Shown: positions 6,862 through 7,884 of the stretch, one piece after another
Position numbering within the stretch: the first letter of the stretch is position 1
Layout of the letters: every line of letters begins with the position of its first letter
DNA from: a virus
Taxonomy: Duplodnaviria; Heunggongvirae; Uroviricota; Caudoviricetes
Virus record (IMG/VR): IMGVR_UViG_2734482594_000006
Reading direction: 5' to 3' (one strand)
DNA length: 7,884 nucleotides
The notes under the pieces: generated by a model
The model's database searches: none
The model's input: only the letters and a program-made list of their open reading frames with translations
Told to the model about the DNA's origin: nothing
Program-made: the position numbers and the translations under genes

Positions 6862-7256
6862 ATGAATCGCGCTTCCCTGATTACCTTAATACATGTCGCA
6901 AAACGCGATCTACAGCTTGACCATGATACCTATACATCCGCGCTGCTGNNNNNNNNNNNNNNNNNNNNNNNNNNNNNNNNNNNNNNNNNNNNNNNNNNNN
7001 NNNNNNNNNNNNNNNNNNNNNNNNNNNNNNNNNNNNNNNNNNNNNNNNNNNNNNNNNNNNNNNNNNNNNNNNNNNNNNNNNNNNNNNNNNNNNNNNNNNN
7101 NNNNNNNNNNNNNNNNNNNNNNNNNNNNNNNNNNNNNNNNNNNNNNNNNNNNNNNNNNNNNNNNNNNNNNNNNNNNNNNNNNNNNNNNNNNNNNNNNNCT
7201 AACTGGCAGTGGCTGGAGCAACAACCCGCGCTGGCCTCTGATGTGCTGGAGCGTCT
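6862..7256 (+). CDS. gemA: GemA-like (Mu gp16 family) early regulatory protein; internal mask 6949-7198, 3' end inside the mask that begins at 7257
   Basis: ATG 6862 with GGAG 8 nt upstream. N-terminus MNRASLITLIHVAKRDLQLDHDTYTSALL resembles the conserved N-terminus of GemA/DUF1018 proteins as I remember them. The same frame is open in the visible island 7199-7256 (NWQWLEQQPALASDVLERL). Confidence 0.55.
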
Positions 7257-7884
7257 NNNNNNNNNNNNNNNNNNNNNNNNNNNNNNNNNNNNNNNNNNNN
7301 NNNNNNNNNNNNNNNNNNNNNNNNNNNNNNNNNNNNNNNNNNNNNNNNNNNNNNNNNNNNNNNNNNNNNNNNNNNNNNNNNNNNNNNNNNNNNNNNNNNN
7401 NNNNNNNNNNNNNNNNNNNNNNNNNNNNNNNNNNNNNNNNNNNNNNNNNNNNNNNNNNNNNNNNNNNNNNNNNNNNNNNNNNNNNNNNNNNNNNNNNNNN
7501 NNNNNNNNNNNNNNNNNNNNNNNNNNNNNNNNNNNNNNNNNNNNNNNNNNNNNNNNNNNNNNNNNNNNNNNNNNNNNGNNNNNNNNNNNNNNNNNNNNNN
7601 NNNNNNNNNNNNNNNNNNNNNNNNNNNNNNNNNNNNNNNNNNNNNNNNNNNNNNNNNNNNNNNNNNNNNNNNNNNNNNNNNNNNNNNNNNNNNNNNNNNN
7701 NNNNNNNNNNNNNNNNNNNNNNNNNNNNNNNNNNNNNNNNNNNNNNNNNNNNNNNNNNNNNNNNNNNNNNNNNNNNNNNNNNNNNNNNNNNNNNNNNNNN
7801 NNNNNNNNNNNNNNNNNNNNNNNNNNNNNNNNNNNNNNNNNNNNNNNNNNNNNNNNNNNNNNNNNCGCCACTACCAGATGTCAG

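Larger units (their letters stand above)
1..7884. mobile_element. Part of the early region of a Mu-like transposable prophage; neither phage end is in the window
   Basis: Gene order A-like, B-like, small ORFs, gam-like, small ORFs, gemA-like, almost all on the + strand, matches the Mu early operon layout. No attL/attR or host junction is visible. Confidence 0.7.

Noticed and set aside
7578-7578. Single unmasked g inside the 3' mask
   Set aside because: One base carries no interpretable signal; most likely a masking artefact.
715-7871. ORFs made largely of X residues across N blocks (715-1158 -, 771-1331 +, 792-1310 -, 2028-2495 -, 2082-2426 +, 2084-2386 +, 2092-2532 -, 3506-3922 +, 3591-3995 -, 4440-4904 -, 4457-4783 +, 5729-6259 -, 5769-6104 -, 6910-7224 -, 6930-7871 -)
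   Set aside because: They exist only because N translates without stops; the visible flanks are short and mostly antisense to better-supported genes.
1-7884. CRISPR arrays, tRNA or rRNA genes, phage attachment ends
   Set aside because: No spaced direct repeats, no tRNA-like cloverleaf candidates, and no element boundary were found in the unmasked sequence.

Overview
The window reads as the early (semi-essential) region of a Mu-like transposable prophage in an enterobacterial-type background: 3' part of a transposase A-like gene, a MuB-like AAA+ transposition ATPase, four small co-directional ORFs, a Gam-like gene, about 2.9 kb of small accessory ORFs, then a GemA-like gene running into the 3' mask. 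About 2.3 kb (roughly 29%) is N-masked in seven blocks, so several gene ends and any hidden content cannot be read. I cannot see any RNA genes, CRISPR arrays, prophage ends or recognisable enzymatic defence domains in the unmasked sequence. The most unusual stretch is 5229-6861: a protein with three SANT/Myb-like repeats, an unlisted 47-aa four-CxxC zinc-ribbon ORF coupled to it, and an AT-rich block carrying the only opposite-strand ORF, closed by a terminator-like hairpin just upstream of the GemA-like start. Family assignments rest on remembered motifs and Mu synteny, not on any search; products of the small ORFs are unknown.
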